A stretch of DNA of 64,000 nucleotides from a cyanobacterium endosymbiont of Rhopalodia gibba (lineage in GTDB: Bacteria > Cyanobacteriota > Cyanobacteriia > Cyanobacteriales > Microcystaceae). The position numbers and the translations under genes are program-made. The stretch is from NCBI GenBank assembly GCA_045159875.1, contig CP067995.1:2912001-2976000 (forward strand), given 5' to 3'. The notes beneath the pieces are model-generated. The model saw nothing but the letters and a program-made list of their open reading frames with translations. It searched no databases and was not told the DNA's origin. This document shows positions 48,644 to 61,583 of this stretch, piece after piece (position 1 is the first letter of the stretch; each line of letters opens with the position of its first letter).

Positions 48644-49594
48644 TATAATAGCAGTTTTTATTCAGATAAATTAAAATGAAGAAATAAAAAAATGTTAGTT
48701 GTGTGAAAAATTAAAACGTATTCTATAAAGATTTTTACTAAAAACAGTATTTTCAAGTCAGTTATAGTTTTTTAAATTGTTTTCTCAAGCGTCAAGAAAC
48801 AATAAAAAGTATAAGATTATTTTCTTATAGCTAAGAAAACCCATCTTTAATTGAGGTAGAAAAACTTGATATTGCAGAACAATGGTTAGAATAACATAAA
48901 AATACTATTTTACAAAAATCAAGTACTTATTTATATAAAACAACTAAGTATTACAGTTAGTATGCCTATCATGTATCGTTTAATTCAAAAATTTAACTTA
49001 ACCCCAAAAAATACTTTATTACATACAGATAAGATTTAATCGTTAAAACGGAAATATTGGAATACACTCGGACAACTCAAACTTTTAAACCTAGTTTTTA
49101 TTAACGAAACTGGAGTTAAGCTAGGCATGATCTATCCATTTGTTAAAGCAACTAAGGGAAAATAGACTTATAGAAAATGTTCCAAATAATTGAGGACAAA
49201 ATATTACGCTGATTGAAGCGTCCACTACATCAAGTTTTCATCTCTTTGATATTTGAACGATGGACAAATAAAGAAGCGTTTCTCACTCATGTAACGAAGT
49301 GCTGATACCCCTGTGGACAGGGGCTTATGTAGTCATGGACAATTCACCAGCTTATAAAACGATAAAAGTTAGAAAACCGATAGAATTTATAGAAACAAAA
49401 GTCTTATTTCTATTTCCTTACTCTCTTGAGTTGAATTTCATCAAAAACTGTTGGTGGAAAATAGATAATATTTGCAAATTTAAGAATTCCAGAGAACTTA
49501 ATCAAACTATGAATGGAGTAACCTACCAAAATATAATTGACTAATTTACTTACTGCTGTCAGTGTAAGCTACCTAATTGAAATCTGCTACTATA
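48644..49594 (+). mobile_element. Decayed IS630-family insertion sequence, ~950 bp
   Basis: Transposase fragments MYRLIQKFNLT, LVFINETGVKLGM, VVMDNSPAYK and LFLFPYSLELNFIKNCW. Imperfect terminal IRs tataatagcagtttttattcag... and ...ctaattgaaatctgctactata, both with TA ends. Confidence 0.85.
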
Positions 49595-50150
49595 ACAGGA
49601 ATTTTTAAGATGACTAGCTTAAGAGGTAACAACAAAAACTTACTTTCACATAGATGAATCTATCCTTTGGTTTAGGAACTAATGCTTAATCAGCAACCGA
49701 TAAAGTTATGATAATGACTTATTTAAAACTGTTTCTAAGATTATTTTCAAGATTTTCACGGCAATTAATCGTTATCGGACATCTTATCCATTTAACACCA
49801 TCTAAAGTGTTTCTGAAAGTAGAGCCTTGTGCTTCTATATACATTTCTACAAGGGCACGTCTTTTAAAACAACTAGTTTATCGGTAATAATATACATAAA
49901 TATGTTCGATTTGACCGTATTTTGCAAATGTAGAACCAAGATTGCCTTCTAAGATCTTATAAAAGAGGTTTGCTATATGAATTGATATAATCTTTGTTAT
50001 TAATTGACTTGTCGAGAGTGAGACTAAAGCATAAAATAATTTATTTTTTGGATGAAGTGTACTCGAAAATTACATACGTCTAATTAATCTTTGATTGATA
50101 GGTTTTCTAAAAAAAATCTAGAATTTTTATAATTAGTAGATAGCTGTTTA

Positions 50151-52100
50151 ATGAAAAAAAGTATTGTGATGAGTTTACGCGGGTGTTTATTATTAATCAC
50201 GATAGGTGTAGTCATACCGACTTCGACAATAGTCGCTCAAGAAGTCCTTTTTATTCTGGACAAATCTCAACTAGAAAAACTGGAATTAGAGTCTTCTTTG
50301 TCCTTTTTCCGAGATAATAATAATTATTTATCATTATCTAAGTTTGAACAAAATTTAGTTTCAGGAGTGATCGTCTCAGAAGAAAAAACTAAGCTAAAAC
50401 AGTTCTCTGACCCCCAATCAACTAGACTTAAGATAAAAACCTCCACTTCAGCTAAAAAAGTGACTAGGATGGATTGTAAAATAGCTTTTCCTGAATTTAC
50501 CTTTTTCATCAAAGCAGAAACAGAAGGGGAAACTGTTGTCAAAAAAATCGTAGATGTTTCATTGAATCAAGTCATTGCAATCAACAAAATACCCTTTGAT
50601 GCTGATCCTGAACTAGAAGAGAGAATAACTAAAAATATCGAAAAAATTCAAAAAAATAGCACATTAACCGATAAAATGGTCCACTATCAAATTTTAGCTA
50701 AAGCGGATCATCTCTATCGTTGCGGAGATACCTTACTTGCTGAACGATTCTATCGAGAAATTAAAGATCCATTTGAAGCTGAAAAAAAACTTAACCGAGA
50801 AATTATCCCTGAACCAGTTTATGAATCCAAACATTTATTACCTGGAGGTCGTGTTTATTGGAGAATATACCAAGAAAGTTTAGAAGAGAATCCCATCTAT
50901 AAAAGTAAGAAACTAAGTGCATTAAAACTTTTGACAGAAAACCATCCTGAATTTATCCCCGGTTATCTCCATTATGCTAGAGTTCTCGAAAGAGACGAAA
51001 AGTCAGAAGAAGCTTTAAAAATTCTACATAGTGCGACGACTCTTTATCCAAATGAAGCTTCATTGGTGGCAGCCAGAATTGAAGCTGATGAAGAAGCCAA
51101 AAATTGGTTAACTGCCTCTTTAACTGCCCGTCAGTTTTTTCTATTTAATCAAGATCACTTTCGTGCATCTGAATTCAAGGAAGTAGCAGACAAAAATTTA
51201 GTCAGATATCAGAATAGATTACGGAAGAAAATAACTTGGAATGTGGTAGGAAATGCTATTTTAGACAGTATTAGCGTGGTTTTAATGGGAAATGTATTTG
51301 CCCCCCTTTCTACTTTAGAAACTACCTATTTATTAATACAAGGAGAAAAAATTATTGGAGAAAATTATGCCCAAGGATTAAAAAAACGATTAACCTTAGT
51401 AGAAGATTCTGAAATTAATCAATTTATTAATGAAATTGGACAAAAATTAGCTTCTGTTGCGGGACGGGATGAGTTTGAGTACGAGTTTTATATTGTGATG
51501 GATGAAAACATCAACGCCTTTGCTTTGCCTGGGGGTAAGATTTTTGTTAACGCAGGAGTGATTGCTAAAACTAACTCTGAAGCGGAAATAGCCGGGTTAA
51601 TTGCCCATGAATTAGCTCATACCGTTCTCTCTCACGGTTTCCAACAAATGACTCAAAATTCATTAATCAGCAGTGTAGTTCAATATATTCCTTATCTGGG
51701 GGGATTAGCTGAAAATCTTATTGTCCTTAACTACAGTCGAAAAATGGAAGAACAGGCGGATATGTTTGGGACGCGACTACTAGCGGCTACGGGCTATGCG
51801 GCTGATGGAGTGCGGAATTTAATGAAGATTATGGAGCTGGAACAGAAAACCTATCTTCCTGCTTGGTTGTCTTCTCATCCAGATACTAGTGATCGTATTA
51901 AATATCTTGAAGAGATAATCGTGCAAAACGATTTTAACCGCTACGCCTATGAAGGAGTAGAAAAACACCATAAAATTCGACAAAAGGTGGCTAATTTGTT
52001 AGCCAAATTTAAAAGAGAACAAGAGAGAGACAATGAAAATAAGCAAAAAAACAAAGAACAAAAAACAGATAATACAACTTCACTCCCTAAAGAAGATTAG
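50151..52100 (+). CDS. M48-family zinc metallopeptidase with TPR-like N-terminal region
   Basis: INAFALPGG, AHELAH, YSRKMEEQAD and SSHP motifs; signal peptide. Confidence 0.9.
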   Translation: MKKSIVMSLRGCLLLITIGVVIPTSTIVAQEVLFILDKSQLEKLELESSLSFFRDNNNYLSLSKFEQNLVSGVIVSEEKTKLKQFSDPQSTRLKIKTSTSAKKVTRMDCKIAFPEFTFFIKAETEGETVVKKIVDVSLNQVIAINKIPFDADPELEERITKNIEKIQKNSTLTDKMVHYQILAKADHLYRCGDTLLAERFYREIKDPFEAEKKLNREIIPEPVYESKHLLPGGRVYWRIYQESLEENPIYKSKKLSALKLLTENHPEFIPGYLHYARVLERDEKSEEALKILHSATTLYPNEASLVAARIEADEEAKNWLTASLTARQFFLFNQDHFRASEFKEVADKNLVRYQNRLRKKITWNVVGNAILDSISVVLMGNVFAPLSTLETTYLLIQGEKIIGENYAQGLKKRLTLVEDSEINQFINEIGQKLASVAGRDEFEYEFYIVMDENINAFALPGGKIFVNAGVIAKTNSEAEIAGLIAHELAHTVLSHGFQQMTQNSLISSVVQYIPYLGGLAENLIVLNYSRKMEEQADMFGTRLLAATGYAADGVRNLMKIMELEQKTYLPAWLSSHPDTSDRIKYLEEIIVQNDFNRYAYEGVEKHHKIRQKVANLLAKFKREQERDNENKQKNKEQKTDNTTSLPKED

Positions 52101-52971
52101 TATAGGTGTGATTAACAAGTCTTTACCTCTAGTGTTTTTTAACGATGAGCCATTTAACTATAGATTAACAATAGTCTTGCCATTTTAAAAAACAGGTAAG
52201 CTGTATTCAAGATCTTCCAGAGTTTTTGTCATATCTAACTTTTTAGTTGACAACTTTTATCTAGTGCGAACGTTCAAGCTACTTGCTTATAATTCCAACT
52301 TTATCGTCCTAATTTTCGTAGTTAGCAATTTAGTAACAAGTCTATTAAAAGAACATTGATAATTCTGTATTTACTGACTATAAATCTTCATGACTCTAAA
52401 TAGAGTACCATTAAAATCCCACGAACTAGTTACATCTCAGTAGTGTATTTTTACATTGCACTATTTAAATACAATAGAATATTTATGTTTCTTTATCAAA
52501 ATCATTATGTAATTTTTGTTAATGTTAGTTTACTGATTTAACTATGATAAATGAGCGCCCTATCTTATCCACTAAAACTAAATCCTAAATAAAAGATTTT
52601 ACTTAAAGAAGTTAATTGCGATTAGCTAACATAAGAAAGTAATTGTCGGTAACGTAAGTCCATTAAACCTATTGCTATCGTGGTGATCGTTACAGACAAA
52701 CCTAATGTGTAAGCTGTCGCTCTTTTATTATACTTTATAAAAGTATTAGGAGAAAATCTAGACTGGATTAACCTTGCTTTTCAGTCATCATTTAAACGAA
52801 TACTCGTTACATAGGAGTAAATATAATCAATACCTTGTAGTCGTGACTTAACTACGTTATAGAAAATATTTAATAGCTATCTACACCATTTTATTAATCA
52901 TAATTGTAACCCGATTCCCGTTACGACTACATCCATGCACTTATTTTTGATGAAAAAGAAACAATCACCAA

Positions 52972-53565
52972 TTATTTTAATTCCTGTCGTCCTTCCAATG
53001 CCCGTGTTAAAGTCATTTCATCAGCATATTCTAAGTCTCCTCCTATCGGCAATCCAAATGCAATGCGCGTAACTTTTGTAAAAGGTTTGAGGAGTTGATC
53101 AATATAGAGAGTGGTCGTTTCTCCTTCCACGGTAGGACTAAGAGCTATAATCACTTCCTTTACCCTATCTTGGCTAACTCGTCTAACGAGAGGTTGAATA
53201 TATAATTGTTCAGAGCCAATACCATCTATCGGAGACATAACACCCCCTAAAACATGATATTTCCCTTTATATTCTCTAGTTTTTTCTAAGGCAATCACAT
53301 CACAAGAATCAGCTACCACACAGATGACTTGGGAATCTCGGTGAGGATTGCGGCAAATTTCGCAGACGAGGTCAGCAGAAAGATGAAAACAAACTTGACA
53401 TAGTCCAACCTTCTCTTTGGCTTCAATTAAAGCATTTGCTAAGGTTCTAATTTCTGCTTCTGGGCGTTTGAGAATATGCAAGGCAAGTCTTTGGGCAGTT
53501 TTGGGTCCAACTCCTGGTAAATGTCGTAATTGCTCAATCAAACGAGCAAGAGGCGGAGTATACAT
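52972..53565 (-). CDS. recR: Recombination mediator RecR
   Basis: [14 protein letters not shown]4 zinc finger, YHVLGG and GGDLEYAD motifs. Confidence 0.98.
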   Translation of the reverse strand: MYTPPLARLIEQLRHLPGVGPKTAQRLALHILKRPEAEIRTLANALIEAKEKVGLCQVCFHLSADLVCEICRNPHRDSQVICVVADSCDVIALEKTREYKGKYHVLGGVMSPIDGIGSEQLYIQPLVRRVSQDRVKEVIIALSPTVEGETTTLYIDQLLKPFTKVTRIAFGLPIGGDLEYADEMTLTRALEGRQELK

Positions 53566-53705
53566 AATAGTCTAATCACCTCTAAATGTTAACTCACGCC
53601 CCCATTATATTAATGTCAATCGAGTTAAATGATTAAGTAAAAATAAAGTTTATGTCAAAGAATTCGATGAACTTTGCTAGCCCAATGATGACTTTATTTT
53701 TCTAC

Positions 53706-54863
53706 TTAAGGAATAATAGTCGGTTTTAGTCCAGCATTTTCTAAAGTGCGATGGACTTCCTCAGCATTATCACGATCACTAAATAATCCTACTTGCCAGA
53801 CGGACTTTCCGTTATGAGAAGTGGGAAACGCTTCAGGATAGAGTGATTGGACTTTAACCTTTTGATGATTAGTGTTTGTAGCGACAATCACACGGTATCT
53901 TTCAAGAGAAGCACTAGACAAAGAACCGACCACATTAGATAACCCTTTACGTCGCGAATTAGTGCTTGTTGAAGATTGAGGAGGTGGAACTATAGAATTA
54001 CTCTTATTTTGAGGAGGTGGTGCTAGGGGGGGTAAGTCGGAAAACTTAGGTAAAGGTTCAGTAATAGTGGAGAATGAACGAGGTTGAGGGGGTGGAGATA
54101 GGGTACTCGATGAGGGAAGAGTTGTAAGAGCAATAGGGGAAGAGGAAGATTTTTGAGAAACAGATACTGAGGATAAGGGTTTGAAGGCAGTTGAGGTTTG
54201 ACTGTCGGGTTGATTGTCTGCAGTGAAAGTCATCTCCCGCATCGGTATGCTTTCTTGAGTGTCCTGTCTGGACCTAGAGGAGTTAGTAGCCATTAAAGTA
54301 GATTGTTCTTCTATAGCTGAACTATCTCCTGTAAGATACACATGACCTAATACTCTACCGTTATAGGTCCGTTTTGTGAATCTCCAACCAGGATCAAGCT
54401 CAAGTCGCATAAATCCATTAGCTATTCCGTTACTTCTTCCAACGATAATTTCGGATTGACTAGGATCATCACGATGGGTTCCGACGAGTACCAGTTCTCC
54501 ATCGTATTCTATAATACGTAGGAGATAATCTAGACCATAATCTTGTTCATCAATGCGGATAGAATAGCCGTTGCTATCTGTACTACGTTCGCAACTTCCT
54601 GTAAAATCAAAGTTAAGGAGCAATGGATTGACTAAAATCGGATTGGTTCCACTTTCGCTCCAACATTTTTGCTGACCAGGAATTTGATGTATGATTAGCA
54701 AGTCGTATTTATTGTTACCATAGGGTCTAGCAATAGCGACAAGATTGTCCTGATTAACTTCTTGTTGCTCAAAAGTTGAAGCGTTAGTAGGAATATGAGG
54801 TGTAAAACCTGTGAAGCAAAAGGCGATGATAGTAGCTGTTTTGCCCAGAAGTGTGAGTTTCAT
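53706..54863 (-). CDS. DUF3747-domain secreted protein with SPOR-like C-terminus
   Basis: PLLLNFDFTGSCERSTDSNGYSIR and LGHVYL motifs, Pro/Ser linker, C-terminal WQVGLFSDRDNAEE. Confidence 0.82.
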   Translation of the reverse strand: MKLTLLGKTATIIAFCFTGFTPHIPTNASTFEQQEVNQDNLVAIARPYGNNKYDLLIIHQIPGQQKCWSESGTNPILVNPLLLNFDFTGSCERSTDSNGYSIRIDEQDYGLDYLLRIIEYDGELVLVGTHRDDPSQSEIIVGRSNGIANGFMRLELDPGWRFTKRTYNGRVLGHVYLTGDSSAIEEQSTLMATNSSRSRQDTQESIPMREMTFTADNQPDSQTSTAFKPLSSVSVSQKSSSSPIALTTLPSSSTLSPPPQPRSFSTITEPLPKFSDLPPLAPPPQNKSNSIVPPPQSSTSTNSRRKGLSNVVGSLSSASLERYRVIVATNTNHQKVKVQSLYPEAFPTSHNGKSVWQVGLFSDRDNAEEVHRTLENAGLKPTIIP

Positions 54864-55194
54864 AGATATTCTAATGTTTACGTCTTAGAGAAGAACAAAT
54901 AGATTTTATTTCCCTCAAGGATTTGATTTCAGTGGGAAATGGTTGGAGTTAAAGATTTTGAAGTTTATTTAGAATTTCTACTAGTCATTAGGTATCTTCG
55001 GTGATTGATGTATTTTTTCTTTTTCACTCGACGCACTGAGAGGAACAAATGTTGCATCTCCTAGAAATTAGCTCTATTATTGCAATTTTGCTTTAATTTC
55101 AAAAAACTATTAAAAATTTAACTTAGTAATTTAAGTTAGTCTAGAATCTGGATAAGCTAAATTATCATTAACAGATTGCATTGTCATGGCTAAG

Positions 55195-55242
55195 GTTCGA
55201 TAGCATAGAGGTCAAGGAGTTCGATAGCATAGAGATCAAGGA
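55195..55242. repeat. 24-bp direct tandem duplication
   Basis: gttcgatagcatagaggtcaagga / gttcgatagcatagagatcaagga: 1 mismatch. Confidence 0.92.
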
Positions 55243-55424
55243 TCTTTGAATACCTCTACAACTAGAAGTGTGGGAAGATTATTTATTTTGTTCCGTTGTC
55301 ACTAAATTGTTGTTAACCACATCCTAAACATGATGTTTTTGTGAGCTCTTCGCTAAACTTGCTTTAGTGACAAATTCTGCAGTTTTAAACACCAAAATAC
55401 CGTATTTTCGTATTTTCAACTTAT

Positions 55425-58400
55425 ATGTATAAGCGTAGCCCTATGAAAAAGACCAACCACCCCCTCAAGTTAACTCATCAACCATTGTCTCCGTATTGTG
55501 GTCAAAAATGGCTGGTAGAAGAAAGAGATGCCTGTGGGGTTGGTTTGATTGCTGACGTAAAAGGGAAAGGAAGCCATAAACTTATTCAACGAGCAATTGT
55601 TGCATTAGGCTGTATAGAACATCGCGGGGGCTGTAGTGCGGATAATGACTCAGGAGACGGTTCGGGGGTTATGACGGACATTCCCCGTGATGTATTAGTT
55701 TCTTGGTTTACAAGTCAAGGTTTAACTATGCCACCTATTGAGCAATTAGGGGTTGGGATGGTCTTTCTGCCTCAGAATAAAATTAAAAGAGAAGCAGATC
55801 GTGCTTACGTTGAAACAGTAGTATCCGCAGCTAATTTAAAGGTATTGGGGTGGCGAGAAGTTCCTGTTAAACCTGAGGTTTTAGGAGTTCAGGCTAAACA
55901 AAATCAACCCCACATCGAACAGGTAATGGTGGCTTCTCCAGCCGGGTTATCGGGAGATGCATTAGAGCGAATACTATACATAGTGCGGTCAGGGATCGGT
56001 AAGAGACTCGCAGATGACTTTTATATTTGTTCTTTTAGTTGTCGGACTCTTGTCTATAAGGGAATGGTTCGTAGTACGATTTTAGGAGAATTCTATGAAG
56101 ATTTGAAAAACCCTAACTATAACAGTCGATTTGCTCTATATCATCGTCGCTTTAGCACTAATACCATGCCAAAGTGGTCTTTGGCTCAACCCATGCGTTT
56201 GTTAGGTCACAATGGAGAAATTAATACTCTCATTGGGAATATTAATTCTATGGCAGCCAGAGAAGTTCATTTAGAAATTCCAGGATGGACGGCGGAAGAG
56301 CTAGAGGCGTTAACTCCTATTGTCAATAATGACAACAGTGACTCCTACAACCTCGATAGTGCTTTAGAGTTATTGGTTCGGACTGGTCGTAATCCCCTCG
56401 AAGCGACGATGATCCTAGTGCCTGAAGCTTATCAAAACCAACCTGATTTAAAAGATTATCCCGAAATAACTAGTTTTTATCAATATTATAGTGGCTTTCA
56501 AGAACCTTGGGATGGTCCAGCCTTACTTACATTCAGTGATGGCAAAATTGTAGGAGCTTGTTTAGATCGTAACGGTTTACGTCCGGCTCGTTATTGCATT
56601 ACCAAAGATGATTATTTGGTAGTTGGTTCCGAAGCAGGAGTCGTTGATTTACCAGAAGAAGACATTGTAGTAAAAGGAAGATTAGGACCTGGGCAAACTA
56701 TTGCCGCCGACTTAGAGTCTAAGGAAATTCTTGAGAATTGGGATATTAAAAAACGTATTTCTCGACGGCATCCTTACTGGGAATGGTTGCAGACTTTTCG
56801 TAAAAAAATTATTCCCCAACCCTTCTCAAAGAATATTCTTCTCGAGCAACCTGGCCAACTTTTGCAACAACAAACAGCTTTTGGATATACGGCCGAAGAT
56901 GTAGAAATGATTGTGGTTCCCATGGCAACTGAAGGAAAGGAACCTATATTCTGTATGGGGGATGACATTCCATTAGCCGTTCTTTCAAATAAACCTCATC
57001 TACTCTACGACTACTTTAAACAGCGGTTTGCCCAAGTGACTAACCCTCCCATTGATCCGTTACGGGAAAGTTTGGTAATGTCTTTGGAAATGTTATTAGG
57101 GGAACGGGGAAACTTATTAGATCCAAAGCCAGAAGATGCAAAACTGTTAAAAATTGAAAGTCCTTTACTCAATGAGACGGAATTAGAGCAGATCAAATCT
57201 TCTGAATTTCAGGTAACGCAACTATCTACCTTGTTTGATCTGACTGCCGGTCCTGGAGGACTTAAAATTGCCTTAGATAGGTTGTGTTATGAAGCCATCC
57301 AAGCGGTTAAAACCGGTTCAAAAATCATTATTTTAAGTGATCGCACTTCGGAAATGGGCAGTGTTGCGGAAACAACTAGCTACATTCCTCCCTTATTAGC
57401 GGTAGGAACCATCCATCATTATTTAATTAAACATGGGTTACGTCTACAAACTTCTTTAGTGACAGATACGGCACAATGCTGGAGCACCCATCATTTTGCT
57501 TGTCTAGTAGGTTATGGCGCATCAGCAGTTTGCCCTTATTTAACCCTCGAAACTATCCGTCAATGGTGGAATGATACCAAAACTCAGAAATTAATAGGGA
57601 ACGGGAAAATTGAATCTATTACTCTCGATAAAGCATTCGCAAACTACCGCCATGCAGTTGAATTAGGCTTATTGAAAATAATCTCTAAAATGGGAATTTC
57701 CTTATTGGCTTCCTATCATGGAGCACAAACTTTCGAAGCGATCGGATTAAGCCCTGAATTAATTAAAATAGCTTTTGACGGAACCACTAGCCGTGTTGGT
57801 GGGTTAAGTATTGTAGAATTAGCTGAGGAAATTATTGCTATTCATAGTCGCGCCTTCCCCAATTTAACCGATAAAAAACTGAAAAACTTCGGCTTTATTA
57901 ACTACCGTCCTGGAGGAGAATACCATATGAATTCTCCGAAAATGGCTAAATTTCTTCATAAAGCAGTAGCAGTTTACAAAGAAGGGATAAATGGCAGAAA
58001 TAACAAAGGGTATGATCATTATGCAATGTATAGTAAATACCTTGAAGAACGTCCCATTACTGCCTTGCGAGATCTATTAGAATTCAACAGTGATCGCCCT
58101 TCTGTTCCTGTTGAAGAAGTGGAAACAGTAGAAGCCATTGTTAAACGGTTTTGCATTGGGGGAATGTCCTTAGGGGCTTTATCACGGGAAGCACATGAAA
58201 CTATAGCGATCGCTATGAACCGTTTGGGAGGGAAATCTAATTCTGGGGAGGGAGGAGAAGATCCCATACGTTTCACCACGCTCACAGATGTAGATGCTAA
58301 TGGAAATTCTCCTACATTTCCTCACCTCAATGGATTAAAAAATGGAGATACAGCAAGTTCTGCTATTAAACAGATTGCATCAGGAAGGTTTGGGGTAACT

Positions 58401-60107
58401 CCTGAATATTTAATGAACGGGAAGCAATTAGAAATTAAGATGGCCCAGGGGGCAAAACCAGGGGAAGGAGGACAGTTACCAGGACAAAAGGTCAATTCCT
58501 ACATTGCCATGTTACGGCAGTCTAGATCTGGTGTTACTCTGATTTCTCCTCCTCCTCACCATGATATTTACTCCATTGAAGATTTGGCACAGTTGATTTT
58601 TGACTTACATCAGATTAATCCTATGGCTAAGGTTTCAGTGAAATTAGTAGCAGAAATTGGGATTGGAACCATTGCAGTAGGTGTTGCTAAAGCTAACGCT
58701 GATGTTATTCAAGTTTCGGGACATGATGGGGGAACGGGTGCATCACCTTTAAGTTCTATTAAACATGCGGGATGTCCTTGGGAATTAGGAATTACTGAAG
58801 TTCATAGAATGTTGTTAAAAAATCAATTGCGTGATCGCGTCATCTTACGTGCTGATGGGGGCTTAAAAACCGGATGGGATGTAATAATGGCAGCATTAAT
58901 GGGGGCTGAACAATACGGTTTCGGCTCTATTGCTATTATCGCTGAGGGCTGTATTATGGCCCGTATTTGCCACACCAATAACTGTCCGGTAGGGGTTGCA
59001 ACTCAACAGAAAAAGTTGCGTCAACGGTTTAGTGGAGTTCCTGAAAATGTAACTAATCTCTTCTACTTTATTGCTGAAGAAATACGATCAATTTTAGCAA
59101 AATTAGGCTATTATTCCTTAAATGAAGTGATTGGCCGTTCAGATCTTTTAATCTCTCGCAAAAAACTAAAATTAACCAAAACTCAAACCTTAAATCTCGA
59201 TTGCCTAATTAAACTTCCTAATGTAAAAGAAGATCGCAGTTGGTTAAACCATGAAGCAGTTCACAGTAATGGAGAGGTGTTGGATGATCGCATTTTAGCT
59301 GACAAAGAGATCATCTCTTCGATTGATGAACACCGTTCCGTTACAAAAAATATCAAGATTGTCAATACCGACCGCACGGTTGGAGCACGTATTTCTGGGG
59401 TAATTGCTAAGAAGTATGGGAATACCGGACTTAAAGGAAAATTAACTCTCAACTTCAAAGGGACATCTGGTCAAAGTTTTGGTGCATTTAACCTTCCTGG
59501 CATGATTTTATACCTTGAAGGGGAAGCCAACGATTATGTTGGTAAAGGAATGCACGGAGGAGAAATTGTGATTGTTCCACACCAAGAAAGTAACTATAAG
59601 CCAGAAGATAGCGTTATTATTGGTAATACTTGCCTTTATGGGTCAACCGGTGGTTTTTTATATGCCAATGGTCGTGCAGGTGAACGATTTGGGGTTCGTA
59701 ACTCTCTCGGAAAAGCAGTTATTGAAGGTGCTGGCGATCATTGCTGCGAATATATGACAGGAGGTGTGATCGTAGTCTTAGGAACTATTGGCCGTAACGT
59801 AAGTGCAGGAATGACTGGAGGAATAGGTTACTTCTTAGATGAAGAAGGAAATTTTCCCGAAAAAGTAAACTTTGAAACTGTGGAAATTCAAAGGATTTGC
59901 ACTGAAGCAGGAAAATTTCAGTTAAAAGGGTTAATTCAATCCCATGTTGACCGGACACGTAGCCAAAAAGGACAGATAATCCTCGATAATTGGGAGGATT
60001 ATGTGAGTAAATTCTGGCAGGTGTTTCCCTCATCTGAAGCGAATAGTCCTGAGATAAACTCTAATCCCATTACAGTTGAGGAGAAAACGTTCACTCCTGT
60101 TAAATAA
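55425..60107 (+). CDS. glsF: Ferredoxin-dependent glutamate synthase
   Basis: ERDA-CGVG catalytic Cys, [43 protein letters not shown]. No small-subunit gene adjacent. Confidence 0.95.
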   Translation: MYKRSPMKKTNHPLKLTHQPLSPYCGQKWLVEERDACGVGLIADVKGKGSHKLIQRAIVALGCIEHRGGCSADNDSGDGSGVMTDIPRDVLVSWFTSQGLTMPPIEQLGVGMVFLPQNKIKREADRAYVETVVSAANLKVLGWREVPVKPEVLGVQAKQNQPHIEQVMVASPAGLSGDALERILYIVRSGIGKRLADDFYICSFSCRTLVYKGMVRSTILGEFYEDLKNPNYNSRFALYHRRFSTNTMPKWSLAQPMRLLGHNGEINTLIGNINSMAAREVHLEIPGWTAEELEALTPIVNNDNSDSYNLDSALELLVRTGRNPLEATMILVPEAYQNQPDLKDYPEITSFYQYYSGFQEPWDGPALLTFSDGKIVGACLDRNGLRPARYCITKDDYLVVGSEAGVVDLPEEDIVVKGRLGPGQTIAADLESKEILENWDIKKRISRRHPYWEWLQTFRKKIIPQPFSKNILLEQPGQLLQQQTAFGYTAEDVEMIVVPMATEGKEPIFCMGDDIPLAVLSNKPHLLYDYFKQRFAQVTNPPIDPLRESLVMSLEMLLGERGNLLDPKPEDAKLLKIESPLLNETELEQIKSSEFQVTQLSTLFDLTAGPGGLKIALDRLCYEAIQAVKTGSKIIILSDRTSEMGSVAETTSYIPPLLAVGTIHHYLIKHGLRLQTSLVTDTAQCWSTHHFACLVGYGASAVCPYLTLETIRQWWNDTKTQKLIGNGKIESITLDKAFANYRHAVELGLLKIISKMGISLLASYHGAQTFEAIGLSPELIKIAFDGTTSRVGGLSIVELAEEIIAIHSRAFPNLTDKKLKNFGFINYRPGGEYHMNSPKMAKFLHKAVAVYKEGINGRNNKGYDHYAMYSKYLEERPITALRDLLEFNSDRPSVPVEEVETVEAIVKRFCIGGMSLGALSREAHETIAIAMNRLGGKSNSGEGGEDPIRFTTLTDVDANGNSPTFPHLNGLKNGDTASSAIKQIASGRFGVTPEYLMNGKQLEIKMAQGAKPGEGGQLPGQKVNSYIAMLRQSRSGVTLISPPPHHDIYSIEDLAQLIFDLHQINPMAKVSVKLVAEIGIGTIAVGVAKANADVIQVSGHDGGTGASPLSSIKHAGCPWELGITEVHRMLLKNQLRDRVILRADGGLKTGWDVIMAALMGAEQYGFGSIAIIAEGCIMARICHTNNCPVGVATQQKKLRQRFSGVPENVTNLFYFIAEEIRSILAKLGYYSLNEVIGRSDLLISRKKLKLTKTQTLNLDCLIKLPNVKEDRSWLNHEAVHSNGEVLDDRILADKEIISSIDEHRSVTKNIKIVNTDRTVGARISGVIAKKYGNTGLKGKLTLNFKGTSGQSFGAFNLPGMILYLEGEANDYVGKGMHGGEIVIVPHQESNYKPEDSVIIGNTCLYGSTGGFLYANGRAGERFGVRNSLGKAVIEGAGDHCCEYMTGGVIVVLGTIGRNVSAGMTGGIGYFLDEEGNFPEKVNFETVEIQRICTEAGKFQLKGLIQSHVDRTRSQKGQIILDNWEDYVSKFWQVFPSSEANSPEINSNPITVEEKTFTPVK

Positions 60108-60126
60108 TTACTATTCCATAATTTCC

Positions 60127-60160
60127 ATAACCCCTTTCCCGATGTGAAAGGGGTTGTTTT
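60127..60160 (+). terminator. Rho-independent terminator after glsF
   Basis: ataacccctttc-ccgatgt-gaaaggggttgt followed by ttt. Confidence 0.8.
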
Positions 60161-61544
60161 AAAGTCTGTGATCTATTTTTTAAAAAAAATGCAACAGGTA
60201 AAAAACAATGTTGATCATCAAATTTGATTAAAAAGTGAAAATCAGTTGGAAATAAGAACAAGTTGACACTCATTTATTGAAGAAAAAAGTTGTTTATGAC
60301 TTAAAAGCTTCTACATAGGTAATTGTAAATAACAAAGATAAAATTGAGGAGATAAGTCGTTATGTAAATAACGGTCCTACCATGGTGGCTACTATTATTC
60401 CTATTACGACTTATAATTCTGCGACTGTGCTGATTATCATTTCCGGAGTTCTTCTAAGTTCGGTTTCATAAGATCTTCTTGAAAAGATATGTAAAGATGT
60501 ATAAATTAAACGACAGAAAGTTAGAATAAATTTACCAAGAAAATTGACAGTAAATCAAAACAAGTGTGATCGCTGCTTTCTAGCATAGATTACACTTCTT
60601 TAACACATTGATATTAATATTTATTAATAAATTTAATCGAAGATTAGCTTGGCGTAATCTGTTCTAAATTAGAATCTATCTAGAGTAGATTGGGAAGAGA
60701 TAACACACGAAATTTTTACTCACTTATTTGTCGAGTTTATAGTAAGCCTTACAAGATATTGCAATAATTATTCTTTACTTATCTCTTAGGAAATTTTCCC
60801 CTGCCATTACTATCTCAATCAGTAGGATATATTTTTTAGAGATTAGACAAGAAATATTAGAATAAGGTTAGTCTTCACAGAATTATATATATATTTATAT
60901 GAATAAAATGTAAAGAAAAATTTATTTAATTTCCAATACAATTTTTTTAAAAATAACGTTATTAACGATAATCTTTTTTTTGTTTGCATCTTAACAAGAA
61001 ATTCTTTTGTTCAATTTGTAACTGATCGTCATAATGTTTCATTAGATAAGTTTCAATCAATGTCTGCAAAATGAATTATTATTATAATTTAATGTCTATA
61101 AAGAATGAAAATAGTTGGTTACGATAAAAAAGTATCAAGAGACAAGAGATACCTCTCTCTAATTTTTTTAATAGCTTCTTTTAGAGATTTTCGTACCATC
61201 CTGCTACATAATTATTTTTGCTAATGATAAATCACTTGAATAATAAGATATTTCTTTCCGGACATATATAACCTCTTGAGATTATGATTAACTCTTCAAG
61301 TGTTGTTACTACTCTTGTATTGTACATTAGTTTAATAAGAGGAAACCTAAACAATCACTTTTAAGCCTAGATTTAATGACGATTTCAGAGAATGACGCAA
61401 AAAATAAAACTAATTATCTTTTAGCGCTCAATTCAAAAAGTTAATAAATGTTTCTCTATTAAATTCATAATCACAAAGTATTTTCTGCAATAATTCTCTG
61501 TAAAAATTTTATCTCAAGCTTATTAGTCCTAGTACAGTAACTAA

Positions 61545-61583
61545 TTAACTGCCAGAATGTGTATTACATATACTGGCAGTTAA
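61545..61583. repeat. 39-bp near-perfect palindrome
   Basis: ttaactgccagaatgtgta t tacatatactggcagttaa: 19-bp arms with 2 mismatches. Confidence 0.92.
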
